From positions 1,120,001 through 1,184,000 of the forward strand of contig OY970320.1 of assembly GCA_963716745.1 (NCBI GenBank): DNA of 64,000 nt. The letters run 5' to 3'. This stretch comes from an uncultured Gemmatimonadaceae bacterium (GTDB lineage: Bacteria > Gemmatimonadota > Gemmatimonadetes > Gemmatimonadales > Gemmatimonadaceae). Made by a program: the position numbers and the translations under genes. Positions 10,130 to 18,692 of the stretch are shown piece after piece (within the stretch, counting starts at the first letter, position 1; the number at the start of each line of letters is the position of its first letter). Under the pieces are notes generated by a model. The model was not told where the DNA came from. It worked only from the letters and a program-made list of their open reading frames with translations, and did not search any database.

Positions 10130-10153
10130 ACTTACACCACGACTTACACCACG
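10130..10153. repeat. Tandem 12-bp direct repeat (ACTTACACCACG x2), arm-type-site-like
   Basis: Perfect tandem repeat ~105 bp inside the att-like tRNA fragment. Confidence 0.65.
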
Positions 10154-10243
10154 CGACGCCGACGATCGTTCGTCAGCCGGGACTCCGAGCCAAATGCCGG
10201 TGAGCGCCAATGCGATACGGTATCTAATGCGGTGGCTACGTCA

Positions 10244-12460
10244 TTACGGCACCCAGATCGCCGAGCTGCCGCCCCCTGCGACCGCAAAGAGCGAGCCGTT
10301 CACGGGCAACGCGATGACGCCGTAGATCAGGTTGTACTGGGTGTAGAAACTCTTGTAGATACTCAGGGGGCTTGGAGGTTGGACCGACCAACTGTTGGTC
10401 GAGGGATCGTAGAGCTGGAACGCCACCCCCGAATCCGCACTCACCGCGTAGAGCCGCGCCCCCAGCGCGACGGCCGCCAATCCATTGCTTCCCATGGGCA
10501 TGGAGGGCTTGCTGGTCCAGCTATCGGCCGCTGGATCGTACGCTTCGACGACATTGTTGGGATTCGGGGACGCGTAACCGCCGAATGCGTAAAGGATCCC
10601 GTTGACCACGCCCGCGGCCAGGCCAAAGCGCGCGGTGGGTATGGAGGCTTTCGTCGTCCAGCTATCGGTGGACGGATCGTAGGCCTCGACGGTGCGGAGC
10701 AAGTTCGCTCCCTCGTAGCCCCCCACCGCGTACAAGATCCCGCCCACCACGGCGACCGCTAGCCCCCCACGAGCCGTGGGCATCGGAGCGAGCATCTTCC
10801 AGTGGTCGGCGGCCGGATCGTACGCGAAAAGGCTGTTACTCTCACGCCCGCCGTCATCGAAGCCGCCAACGGCGTAGAGGATGCCATTGATGGACGCCAT
10901 CGCCAACGCGGATCGATCCCCCGGCATGTTGGCTCGCTGGGTCCAACCATTCGTCGCCGCATCGTATGCATACAATTCATGGCCGACCGAGTCGGGACCA
11001 TAGTCGCCCCAGTCATACATCCCGCCCGCGACGTAGACGGTGCCATTGACCGACGCGGCCGCCATGTTGAAAAAAGGGCCCGGCATCTGCGCTTTCCTGG
11101 CCCAGAGGTGTTGCAGCCCGAATCGCACCGGGAAGCTCCAGGTCAGACTTCCGAACCGTGCCGTCACGACGGCCGTGCCGGTGGTCGCGGGAGCGGTCAG
11201 CGTCGCGACGTAGGTCCCGCTCCCACTGACCGGCCCGAGCGACCCGAGCGTCGTCGTCAGGATGATGCTGTCGGCCGGTTTCGAGATATAGTGGCCATAG
11301 TAATCTCTCAGCCACACCGTGACCTGGGTAGTTGAAGCGCCATCCGCCAGCACGGTGGAGTCCTCCGGCTTCGCGCCCGATGCCACTTGGTTCACCGGAC
11401 CGAGCGGCTGGTCCACGAAACGAACCGTACACGTGCTCGGCAGCTGAATTCCGCTCACCGTCGCCGAGACCCTGGCGCTACCCAGGGTGGCGGGCGGCGA
11501 GAGGATCGCGGTATAAGTGCCGTCAGCGTGATCTGTCACTCCTTGGATGAAGCCAGCGGTCGAATTGATGAGGAACGTCGCGCCACCGTGCGCGATCTGG
11601 ACGTTGGACGAATCACGAAGCGTCAACGTGATCAGCACCGGGTTCCCATCGAACCACGTCGAGTCCGGGCTCGCCGACAGCGTGGAATTCGCGACGGACA
11701 CCGAGCCCGTCGATTCCGTCGAGTCCGTCGAGAACGATTGTGTCACCGGTGCAGCGAGCGGAACGCCATTCACATCCTGGATCGCCTGCGATACGAATAC
11801 TTGGTAGCTGGTGAACTTCTCGAGAGGGCTGTCTGGATAGAACTCCGCACTGAGCCCATTCGGCCCACTCAGCCGTACCGAGCCAGCGACCGGTGCGGAT
11901 CCGCGCAGGAGGCCGAAGGAGGTCGGGCTTAGGGTGGCTGAGTCGATCGGGGCGCTGAAGACCGCCACGATCTGGGCGTTGAGCGGCACATCCTTCTTGC
12001 CGGGTGGCGGCGTGACTCGTACGACGAGGGGAGCCCTTCCCGCCGCGACGACCTGGAATCCAGTCACGGCGGCGCCACCGCCCGACAGGGTGACGTCCAC
12101 GAAGAGGGTGTCCCCTACGCTCGCCGTGACCGCCACCGGATCGAAGCCGCCGTCCACCAGGGCCACGGTGATGCTGTCCCCGCTGCGGGCATTCAGGATG
12201 GTGGCGCTCTGACCGCCGGGTACGGATGCGGGCGGGAGTGAAACCCACGCGGTAGCCACTACTACAGCGGCATTCGCGCCGCGACTCGGGCTTCGCGAGA
12301 CGCTTGCGCCGGCGGGTTGGCTCTCAGGCGACGACACGATGAGCGACGGCAGTTGGTTCACTCGCCGCTGCTGCGACGGGCCGCTGCTGTCAACGCAACT
12401 AGCCATTAGGGCGAGTGTGGCGACCGTCACCGTCGAGAGCCTTCGTGTCGGGCGATTCAT
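10244..12460 (-). CDS. Putative lipoprotein with Big_5-like and invasin/Big_1-like Ig domains and a C-terminal Kelch beta-propeller
   Basis: Lipobox LMASC; VTPPPGKKDVPLNAQIVAVFSAPID Ig motif; DGTYTA motif; about six Kelch repeats (ILYAVGG...AYDP...W...MP..R). Confidence 0.8.
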   Translation of the reverse strand: MNRPTRRLSTVTVATLALMASCVDSSGPSQQRRVNQLPSLIVSSPESQPAGASVSRSPSRGANAAVVVATAWVSLPPASVPGGQSATILNARSGDSITVALVDGGFDPVAVTASVGDTLFVDVTLSGGGAAVTGFQVVAAGRAPLVVRVTPPPGKKDVPLNAQIVAVFSAPIDSATLSPTSFGLLRGSAPVAGSVRLSGPNGLSAEFYPDSPLEKFTSYQVFVSQAIQDVNGVPLAAPVTQSFSTDSTESTGSVSVANSTLSASPDSTWFDGNPVLITLTLRDSSNVQIAHGGATFLINSTAGFIQGVTDHADGTYTAILSPPATLGSARVSATVSGIQLPSTCTVRFVDQPLGPVNQVASGAKPEDSTVLADGASTTQVTVWLRDYYGHYISKPADSIILTTTLGSLGPVSGSGTYVATLTAPATTGTAVVTARFGSLTWSFPVRFGLQHLWARKAQMPGPFFNMAAASVNGTVYVAGGMYDWGDYGPDSVGHELYAYDAATNGWTQRANMPGDRSALAMASINGILYAVGGFDDGGRESNSLFAYDPAADHWKMLAPMPTARGGLAVAVVGGILYAVGGYEGANLLRTVEAYDPSTDSWTTKASIPTARFGLAAGVVNGILYAFGGYASPNPNNVVEAYDPAADSWTSKPSMPMGSNGLAAVALGARLYAVSADSGVAFQLYDPSTNSWSVQPPSPLSIYKSFYTQYNLIYGVIALPVNGSLFAVAGGGSSAIWVP

Positions 12461-12480
12461 TGCTGTCTCCGCTGTTCTGT

Positions 12481-15400
12481 TTACCGTCCGCCACTCATCG
12501 TGAACCCTGCCCAGTAGAACGGATGAGCGGTACCCGAATTGCGCAGCATGGCGCGCTGGGCGAGGGCGAGGGCCTCCGCTTCTGACCGTCCTGCAACGAG
12601 CGACTTGTAGAACTCGGTCATGAGGGTCGCGGTGGCGCGGTCGTCCACCGGCCAGAGCGCGGCCAACACGTGCGCCGCACCCGCGGCATGGAACGCCTGC
12701 ACGAGCCCGACCCAGTCGTCACCAGCCGGCACATCTTCCATCGCCCCGGCACTCACCGCGGTCTGGCACGCACTCAACACCACGAGGCGCGCGCTGAGCT
12801 GCATCCCGAAGACGTCGTGCACCTCGAGCCGGCCGGCGGATCCGCTCGCGGGCGCCAGCTCTACGAACGAGAAGAGCGGATTATCCTGGTTCAGCACGCC
12901 GTAGGTCGCGAAGTGGATGATCCCCGCCCTTGGCGCGGCCTCGCGCAGGGCGCGCTCGGACGCCTGCGCACCGACCAACACTTCCGCCTTCGCGCCATAG
13001 AGCGTTTCGATAGCGGCCACCTCCAGCGCCGAACCGGGGAGAGCGTCCACGCGGGGCGCCAAAGCGAGCACGGTGGTCCCGGTGTACGCCGGCCGTTCGC
13101 GAAGTCGCAACCAGACCGAAGCCGAAGGCGCGTACGACAGGCGGTAACGTTGCACGAGGAACTCGTCGCCACGCAAAGTGCTCGGCAACGCCGCGAACGG
13201 GATGAAATGCAGCTCGGCGTGCGGCACGATGATGAGCGCCGTCTTACCCTCCAGCAGCCCAGATGCAGCAGCCGGCTGAATCAGGAGCGCGCCAAGGCGC
13301 CGGAGCGGCGCGCGCCAAAGGTCGGGCGGCGTCCGCTGTCCGGGCCTCACCATGACCGCGCGGCTGAAATCCACCAGCTTTGCCAATTCGTGGCGTGAGA
13401 CTCCAAGATCGATCTCCGCCAGCGTGTCCGCAGTGGCCACGAAGAGCAGCGTCGTGGAGTCCCCAACGAGGTATTCCAGTAGCGCCTCATCCGGGGCGAG
13501 CTTGGACCGGACGATGCGTGACGGAGCGATCTTGCCGCTCACGATCGCGGCGTACGCGGGGTGCGACTCGCCGATCTGCAGAAGAAGCTCTCCGTAACGC
13601 TGCTGCGCCTGCGCGAGGGCCTCGCGCACCGCGCTGGCCGATCGCTCGAGCGAGACCGGTCCGCGCAACACGCCCGCCATGCGCCCGCCCTCGAGTTCAC
13701 CGGTTAGTATGTCGACTTGCCGCCTCAGATCCTGCTCGCGAGCCACCAGCGCATCGCTCCCGCCTCCCCGAGCAGGGACCGAGACGCGCCCGCGCGCGAG
13801 AAGGTCGAGCAGTTCCCGCGCCCGCAGCTGTTCGCTCGCCTCGAAGGCCGCGCCCGTGTTTCCGCGCGCGACCTCCACGCGCGCGAGCTGGGCGTACACC
13901 TCCCTCTTGTCAGCCGCGAATCCCGCGCGCCACTCATCTACCAGCAGAGCGGCCGACATCCGTTCGATCTGACGGGTGGCTCCGCGCAATTCGATGGCGG
14001 CTTCATCCAACGCGTGCCGGCTTCGCAACGCGCTCCCGAGTCCGGCGTGGAGCTGCCACGCGATCGTGGGCGCCGTGGCGTCGCCAAGCTGCGCGAGTGC
14101 CCGTCGGTACAAAGATTCCGCGGCGAGCGGGAGTCGTTCACGCGTGGCGAGTTCCGCGAGCGCACCAAGCGTTGCCGCCGCGCTCGCCGGATCGCCGAGC
14201 GCGCGCAACAATGCCAGCGCGCCCTCCAAGAGCGCCCGCGCGGCCGCCGTGTCGCCCACCTGCGTCCGGAGAGAGCCGAGGAGGAGCCGTGTCAGCGCGA
14301 TCGCACGCGGATCGCCGAGCGCCTCTTGCGTGCGCAGCGCCAGCGAGACGTGCGAGATCGCGCCAGGGAGATCGGCGCGTGCTGCCAACAGGAGACCCAG
14401 ACCGCCCTCCGTCTCCGCCTGCCCTCGGGAGTCGCCGGCCGCTCGGAAGAGCCTGTTGGCGCGGAGGTATTGACGCTCCGCCTCGGGATATGCGTTGAAT
14501 TGCACCGAGAGGTCCGCCCGCGCTAGCGCGAGTGACGCGAGCAGGGCGGTCCGCTGTTCGGCGGAGTCACCGGCGGCGAGGTGCTCCGCGCGGCGCAACT
14601 GAATGAGCGCGCCCTGCAGGTTCCCCATCGCGGCGTGCGTGATGGCGATATCGCGGCGCACATCGATCTCGTCCGGCAGAGGGCCCGTCTCGCGGAACAC
14701 CGCAAGCGCCTCCATGAACCGGTCGAGCGCATGGTGATAATCGCCGCGTTGCAGAGCGAGCAGCCCGAGCGCGCGCAGCGCCGAGGCCGCATCCACACGA
14801 TTCCCGCGCTCGCCGTACAGCGACAGCGCGTCCCGATAAGACGACTCAGCACTCGCGTAGTCGCCCTCGAGGCTCGACAAATTCCCGAGATTGATCAGAT
14901 TCACCGCGGCCGGCTCATCGCGCCCCGCCGCCCGGTTCGAGGCGAGCGCTTCATTGAAAGCCCGGCGCGCCCGGCCGAGGTCGCCGAGCTGCTGCGCGAT
15001 CAGCCCCAGATTGTTCCCGTCCGCCGCGGCGCCGCGGAAATCTCCCGTGCGAAGGCGCATCTCCTTCGCAAGCGCGTAGAGATCGACCGCGCCGCCGAAC
15101 TCACCGCGGTCGGCCTGGATCGCGGCCAGTGTGCCGACGGCATTGCCCGCCGTTCGCCAGTCGCCCGTGCGCTCGGCGATCTCCCGTGCGCGACTTAGAT
15201 AGTGTTCCGCACTGTCCTGCTCCTCCGATCGGTAGTAACCGGCGCCGATGTTCCCGAGAGCGGCGGCCATCCCCGCCGAGTCGCCGATCTGCGCGCAGCG
15301 CTGATAGCTCGCACGCCAGTCACGGAGCGCAGCGGCGAGCCCGTCACGCCCAAGGGCATCATTGCCGGCAATGCGCAGGCTGTCCGCAGAAGCCTTGATG

Positions 15401-15681
15401 CGCCGATCGGCCAGCGGCCACGACGCGAAGCGCGCCACTTGTCGCATGGGGAAGGAGTCGTTCCACGCGCCGGCGAGCGCTTGAGCGAGCCGCTCGGCCG
15501 TGGCGAGCTCCGTTGCCGGCTCCGAGTCGGCGGCGGCGAGCGCGAGCGTACGGCGCAAGGAATCGCGGATCGCATCCGGTTGCGCACGCGCCTTGGCGAC
15601 GAGCGCGCTGTCCGGCGTGCGAGGCGGCCCCGTTCCCCCCGTGATCGCGAGGAGCACTGACAATGCACCGACCGTGATCAT
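12481..15681 (-). CDS. TPR-repeat CHAT (caspase-like) domain protein
   Basis: Long TPR array; LIIVPHAELHFIPFAAL, HFATYG, VVLSACQT, LWPVDD and HPFYWAGF motifs; ATG at 15681 overlaps the upstream stop. Confidence 0.9.
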   Translation of the reverse strand: MITVGALSVLLAITGGTGPPRTPDSALVAKARAQPDAIRDSLRRTLALAAADSEPATELATAERLAQALAGAWNDSFPMRQVARFASWPLADRRIKASADSLRIAGNDALGRDGLAAALRDWRASYQRCAQIGDSAGMAAALGNIGAGYYRSEEQDSAEHYLSRAREIAERTGDWRTAGNAVGTLAAIQADRGEFGGAVDLYALAKEMRLRTGDFRGAAADGNNLGLIAQQLGDLGRARRAFNEALASNRAAGRDEPAAVNLINLGNLSSLEGDYASAESSYRDALSLYGERGNRVDAASALRALGLLALQRGDYHHALDRFMEALAVFRETGPLPDEIDVRRDIAITHAAMGNLQGALIQLRRAEHLAAGDSAEQRTALLASLALARADLSVQFNAYPEAERQYLRANRLFRAAGDSRGQAETEGGLGLLLAARADLPGAISHVSLALRTQEALGDPRAIALTRLLLGSLRTQVGDTAAARALLEGALALLRALGDPASAAATLGALAELATRERLPLAAESLYRRALAQLGDATAPTIAWQLHAGLGSALRSRHALDEAAIELRGATRQIERMSAALLVDEWRAGFAADKREVYAQLARVEVARGNTGAAFEASEQLRARELLDLLARGRVSVPARGGGSDALVAREQDLRRQVDILTGELEGGRMAGVLRGPVSLERSASAVREALAQAQQRYGELLLQIGESHPAYAAIVSGKIAPSRIVRSKLAPDEALLEYLVGDSTTLLFVATADTLAEIDLGVSRHELAKLVDFSRAVMVRPGQRTPPDLWRAPLRRLGALLIQPAAASGLLEGKTALIIVPHAELHFIPFAALPSTLRGDEFLVQRYRLSYAPSASVWLRLRERPAYTGTTVLALAPRVDALPGSALEVAAIETLYGAKAEVLVGAQASERALREAAPRAGIIHFATYGVLNQDNPLFSFVELAPASGSAGRLEVHDVFGMQLSARLVVLSACQTAVSAGAMEDVPAGDDWVGLVQAFHAAGAAHVLAALWPVDDRATATLMTEFYKSLVAGRSEAEALALAQRAMLRNSGTAHPFYWAGFTMSGGR

Positions 15682-16295
15682 GGACCCTTCGGATCGACCG
15701 AGAACTCGGTGAGTTCCGAGGGTATCCAGCGATTCCACCCGGTCTGCGCCTCGAGCTTCCAGAAGTAGCTCGTGCGAGGCTGGATATGAAGATCGGCGGG
15801 GATCGAGACGGACGTGTCTCGCGCCTGCGATTCGAAGATCGCGTTGCCGGCGTCGTCGAAGATGGTAACGCGATAGAGATCCGCGTACGGCACCGATGTC
15901 CAGATCAGCTGCGTCGGGCGGTGTACCGCCCCGCGCGGTGCGAGCGCAACGGGTACCACGGTGGTCGAGATCACTGGCTCGCGAGAGACCGGCACCGAGA
16001 TGGGCGGCGGCGCGGTATCGCGGCCCACCATCAGGAGGAGCGCAGCCGCTGCCCCGAGTGCCGCGGGCACGTACCAGCGCCGCAGCGGCGCTCGCTCGCG
16101 CGTCAGCCTCGACGCCGCGACCATATCGCCACGACAGGAATCGCAGTCCGCCATGTGCGCTTCGGCGGCCGCATGCTCCGCAGGCGGAAGCAGCCCGTCG
16201 GTGTAGGCGGCAAGTATCCCCGGGTCGAGATGGTCTCCCTCGCGATGCTCAGCGCTCATTTGGACTCTGGAGAGCGGGATCGTAGACGTCCTCAC
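15678..16295 (-). CDS. zf-HC2 anti-sigma factor with TM segment and C-terminal extracytoplasmic domain
   Basis: LAAYTDGLL...EAHMADCDSC (HxxxCxxC), TM helix, beta-rich C-terminus; start may be 16259. Confidence 0.85.
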   Translation of the reverse strand: MRTSTIPLSRVQMSAEHREGDHLDPGILAAYTDGLLPPAEHAAAEAHMADCDSCRGDMVAASRLTRERAPLRRWYVPAALGAAAALLLMVGRDTAPPPISVPVSREPVISTTVVPVALAPRGAVHRPTQLIWTSVPYADLYRVTIFDDAGNAIFESQARDTSVSIPADLHIQPRTSYFWKLEAQTGWNRWIPSELTEFSVDPKGP

Positions 16296-16331
16296 ACGTA
16301 TGGAACGGATGCGCCGCGCAAGATTGCGACC

Positions 16332-16982
16332 TCATGGCTCCGTCCCGTGCACACCGCGTCGCGCGAGCGCCGCTCGCAATCGTGCGAGCAGTCCGTTCAG
16401 GCGGCGGTAGATATGGAACGGACTGGGAGCCTTCACGATCCGCGCGATCTCGCGCGCGGAGAGGTCATCTTGGAACCGGAGCTTCAGGAGCAGCCGATCG
16501 CCGGCCGCGAGCGCGCCGACCGCGTCGTTAAGCGCGCCCGTCAGCTCGACGGCGCGCAGTCGGGTCTCGGCATCGTCTGGGGCATCGCTGGAGATCCCTT
16601 CGACATCGATCTCTTCGGCGACGTGATCGAGCAGCCGGCGGCGCGCGTCGTGCGCGTCGCGGCTCTCTGCACCGTCATTCTGTAAACGGCCATAGCGCTT
16701 CCGGCGGTAATCGAAGCAGAGGCGGCGTGCGACGACCACCAACCAGGTCGTAAACTTGCCGCGATCGTCCGCCGCATAGGCGCGCAGGCGCCGGCACTCG
16801 TCGCCTTGGAGTTGCTCGAGGAGAAAGGCGTACGCGTCCATCGCAGCATCGTGGTCCGATTCGACGCTACGAGCTACATGCAAGAGGAGACGGCTATGCG
16901 TCTCGACGAACTTCTGCCACGCCGCATCGCGAGCTTCGGGGTCGACCGCGTCCCGCAGAGCGGAGAGTTCCGGTGGCAGCAC
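16332..16982 (-). CDS. ECF RNA polymerase sigma-70 factor
   Basis: Region 2 (AWQKFV...FTTWLVVVARRLCFDYRR) and region 4 (DRLLLKLRFQDDLSAREIA). Confidence 0.88.
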   Translation of the reverse strand: MLPPELSALRDAVDPEARDAAWQKFVETHSRLLLHVARSVESDHDAAMDAYAFLLEQLQGDECRRLRAYAADDRGKFTTWLVVVARRLCFDYRRKRYGRLQNDGAESRDAHDARRRLLDHVAEEIDVEGISSDAPDDAETRLRAVELTGALNDAVGALAAGDRLLLKLRFQDDLSAREIARIVKAPSPFHIYRRLNGLLARLRAALARRGVHGTEP

Positions 16983-17207
16983 GAGCGGCGCCTCATGTAG
17001 TACAGGAGAAGCAGACTAGCTCCGTCCCTTCCGGCCCGCCAGCACCCTCGCCTTCGCGCTCATCACCGCGAAAAGGAGTATCGCTGCGGAACGGATGTCT
17101 CCGGGCGCCGATGGGCAGCGGCGGTCCGGCGTCGGAGTCTCGCTGCGGCGTGTCGGAGCTTGCCACCGCTACGACGCGGCATGAGATCCGCAAAAATGCG
17201 TGTGAAC

Positions 17208-17245
17208 GAAACGCCCCGCCCGAGCCATGAGCTCAAGCGGGGCGA
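17208..17245 (-). terminator. Intrinsic terminator of tRNA-Ile
   Basis: Minus strand CGCCCCGCTTGAGCTC-ATG-GCTCGGGCGGGGCG followed by TTTTCG. Confidence 0.75.
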
Positions 17246-17259
17246 CGTCTTGCTGGGTA

Positions 17260-17333
<74 letters not shown>

Positions 17334-17345
17334 GGTTAGCAACCA

Positions 17346-17374
17346 AAGTTAGCCGGGCTCTTACGCTCAGTCAA
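17346..17374 (-). promoter_or_regulatory. sigma70 promoter of tRNA-Ile
   Basis: TTGACT-17 bp-TAACTT on the minus strand, 12 nt upstream of the tRNA. Confidence 0.75.
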
Positions 17375-17557
17375 CGAACGAGGCTCGAAGATGCAACGAG
17401 GGCCGTCCGACCATGCGAACGGCCCTCCGGGCCCCATGGGCTCCACCGTGTGCTGCCGACGCGATGAACTGCGCGAGTGTGCGAGACTCGGCACCGCGGC
17501 CGACACCCAATAATATACACCGTTCTGCACGCCCTCTAACGTCCAACGTCTCAGCAG

Positions 17558-18250
17558 TTACTGCTGGATCATCTCCGAGAAATCCGTACTCGTGATGGTC
17601 ACAGTGATCTGCGCCCCAGTCGCGTTCAGGGTCTTCTGGTACGCATAGAACACGCCGTTGGGGAGCGTCGCGAACGTCACGTTCGCCGTCACCGGCACCG
17701 GACTCGCCGCCGTCCCCGTGTATGTCGAGATGCTCGCCGACACAAGCTGTTTTGTGGCCGCGTTGAACACCACGGTCACATTGTCGTTCGGCATCCGGTA
17801 GTTCGAGATCACCATCTTCTTGGTGCCGTTACTCGGATCCACGGAGATCGCCACATTCCCGCCCTGGTACGCCTTTTCCACGAGCGCCGGCGCGATCGGC
17901 ACGTACTCGGCGATCAGCGTGCGCACGGTGTCCATGTACGCCTTCATCTCCCCTTCCTTCTTCTCCGCGATCCTCCGCCGCAAGAACCCACTCGGCGGCG
18001 GCGCCTGCTGCAGGCTGATCTCAGTGCACGTCGGCTTCGGAGCAGGCCCGGCGTACTGGCAGTCCGTCACCTTGGTCACCTTGATCACGCCCTGGTACGC
18101 GACATGCGTGGTCTCGAGCCAGGTGTACATCCGGCGCTTGACTTGATTCGCCGACAGCATCTGGCGGAATTCGGCGACTTGCTGCTGCGGGGCCTGGGCG
18201 GCCAATGGAGCCGATAGCAGCAACGAGGCCACGAGGAGTCTCATGCGCAT
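17558..18250 (-). CDS. Secreted hypothetical protein
   Basis: Signal peptide (MRMRLLVASLLLSAPLAA), 230 aa, GGAG RBS. Confidence 0.75.
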   Translation of the reverse strand: MRMRLLVASLLLSAPLAAQAPQQQVAEFRQMLSANQVKRRMYTWLETTHVAYQGVIKVTKVTDCQYAGPAPKPTCTEISLQQAPPPSGFLRRRIAEKKEGEMKAYMDTVRTLIAEYVPIAPALVEKAYQGGNVAISVDPSNGTKKMVISNYRMPNDNVTVVFNAATKQLVSASISTYTGTAASPVPVTANVTFATLPNGVFYAYQKTLNATGAQITVTITSTDFSEMIQQ

Positions 18251-18391
18251 ACAGGATCTCCGTTGTTCAGGTGTGCAGTTCCAATCATCTCAATCATGTT
18301 CATCCTGTCAAGCAGTTCTTTAAAAAACTGCTTGGACAGGATGAGCATGATTCACTTACATGATTCGCATGATGACGGCGAAATCCGGCGA

Positions 18392-18667
18392 TCAGTCGTC
18401 GTATTTCCTGCGCGGGGCGTGCGGCGGATGCTGGCGCTCGCGGTCGCCTTCGGGGTCGTCGAATTCGTCGTCGAGATCGATGAGATCATCGTCGAGGTCG
18501 TCGTCGAGATCATCATCGTCATCATCCATCTCGTCGTCGTCGAGGTCTTCATCGTCGAAGTCATCCTCGTCGTCCGATTCCTGCGCCGCGCCAGCATCGA
18601 GGCCGTCGTTCCCGCTCATGGCACTCCGGGTTTCATCCGCCGCCTCGGGATCGTACCACATGACCAA
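18392..18667 (-). CDS. Small Asp-rich acidic protein
   Basis: GGAGG RBS; poly-Asp tract; directly downstream of typA. Confidence 0.6.
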   Translation of the reverse strand: MVMWYDPEAADETRSAMSGNDGLDAGAAQESDDEDDFDDEDLDDDEMDDDDDDLDDDLDDDLIDLDDEFDDPEGDRERQHPPHAPRRKYDD

Positions 18668-18692
18668 ATGCCTCCGCCATTGGATTAAAGTC

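Larger units (their letters stand above)
10026..17259. mobile_element. tRNA-Ile-anchored genomic islet (~7.2 kb), no integrase
   Basis: Bounded by the intact tRNA 3' end and its 44-nt displaced copy; carries a four-gene ECF/CHAT operon. Confidence 0.65.

Noticed and set aside
9917..10210. ORF that could be an integrase remnant
   Set aside because: No tyrosine- or serine-recombinase motifs; it simply reads through the att and arm repeats.
12481..16982. CHAT + sigma factor read as a type III-E CRISPR (Craspase) locus
   Set aside because: No Cas7-11, Csx30/31 or CRISPR array in the window.
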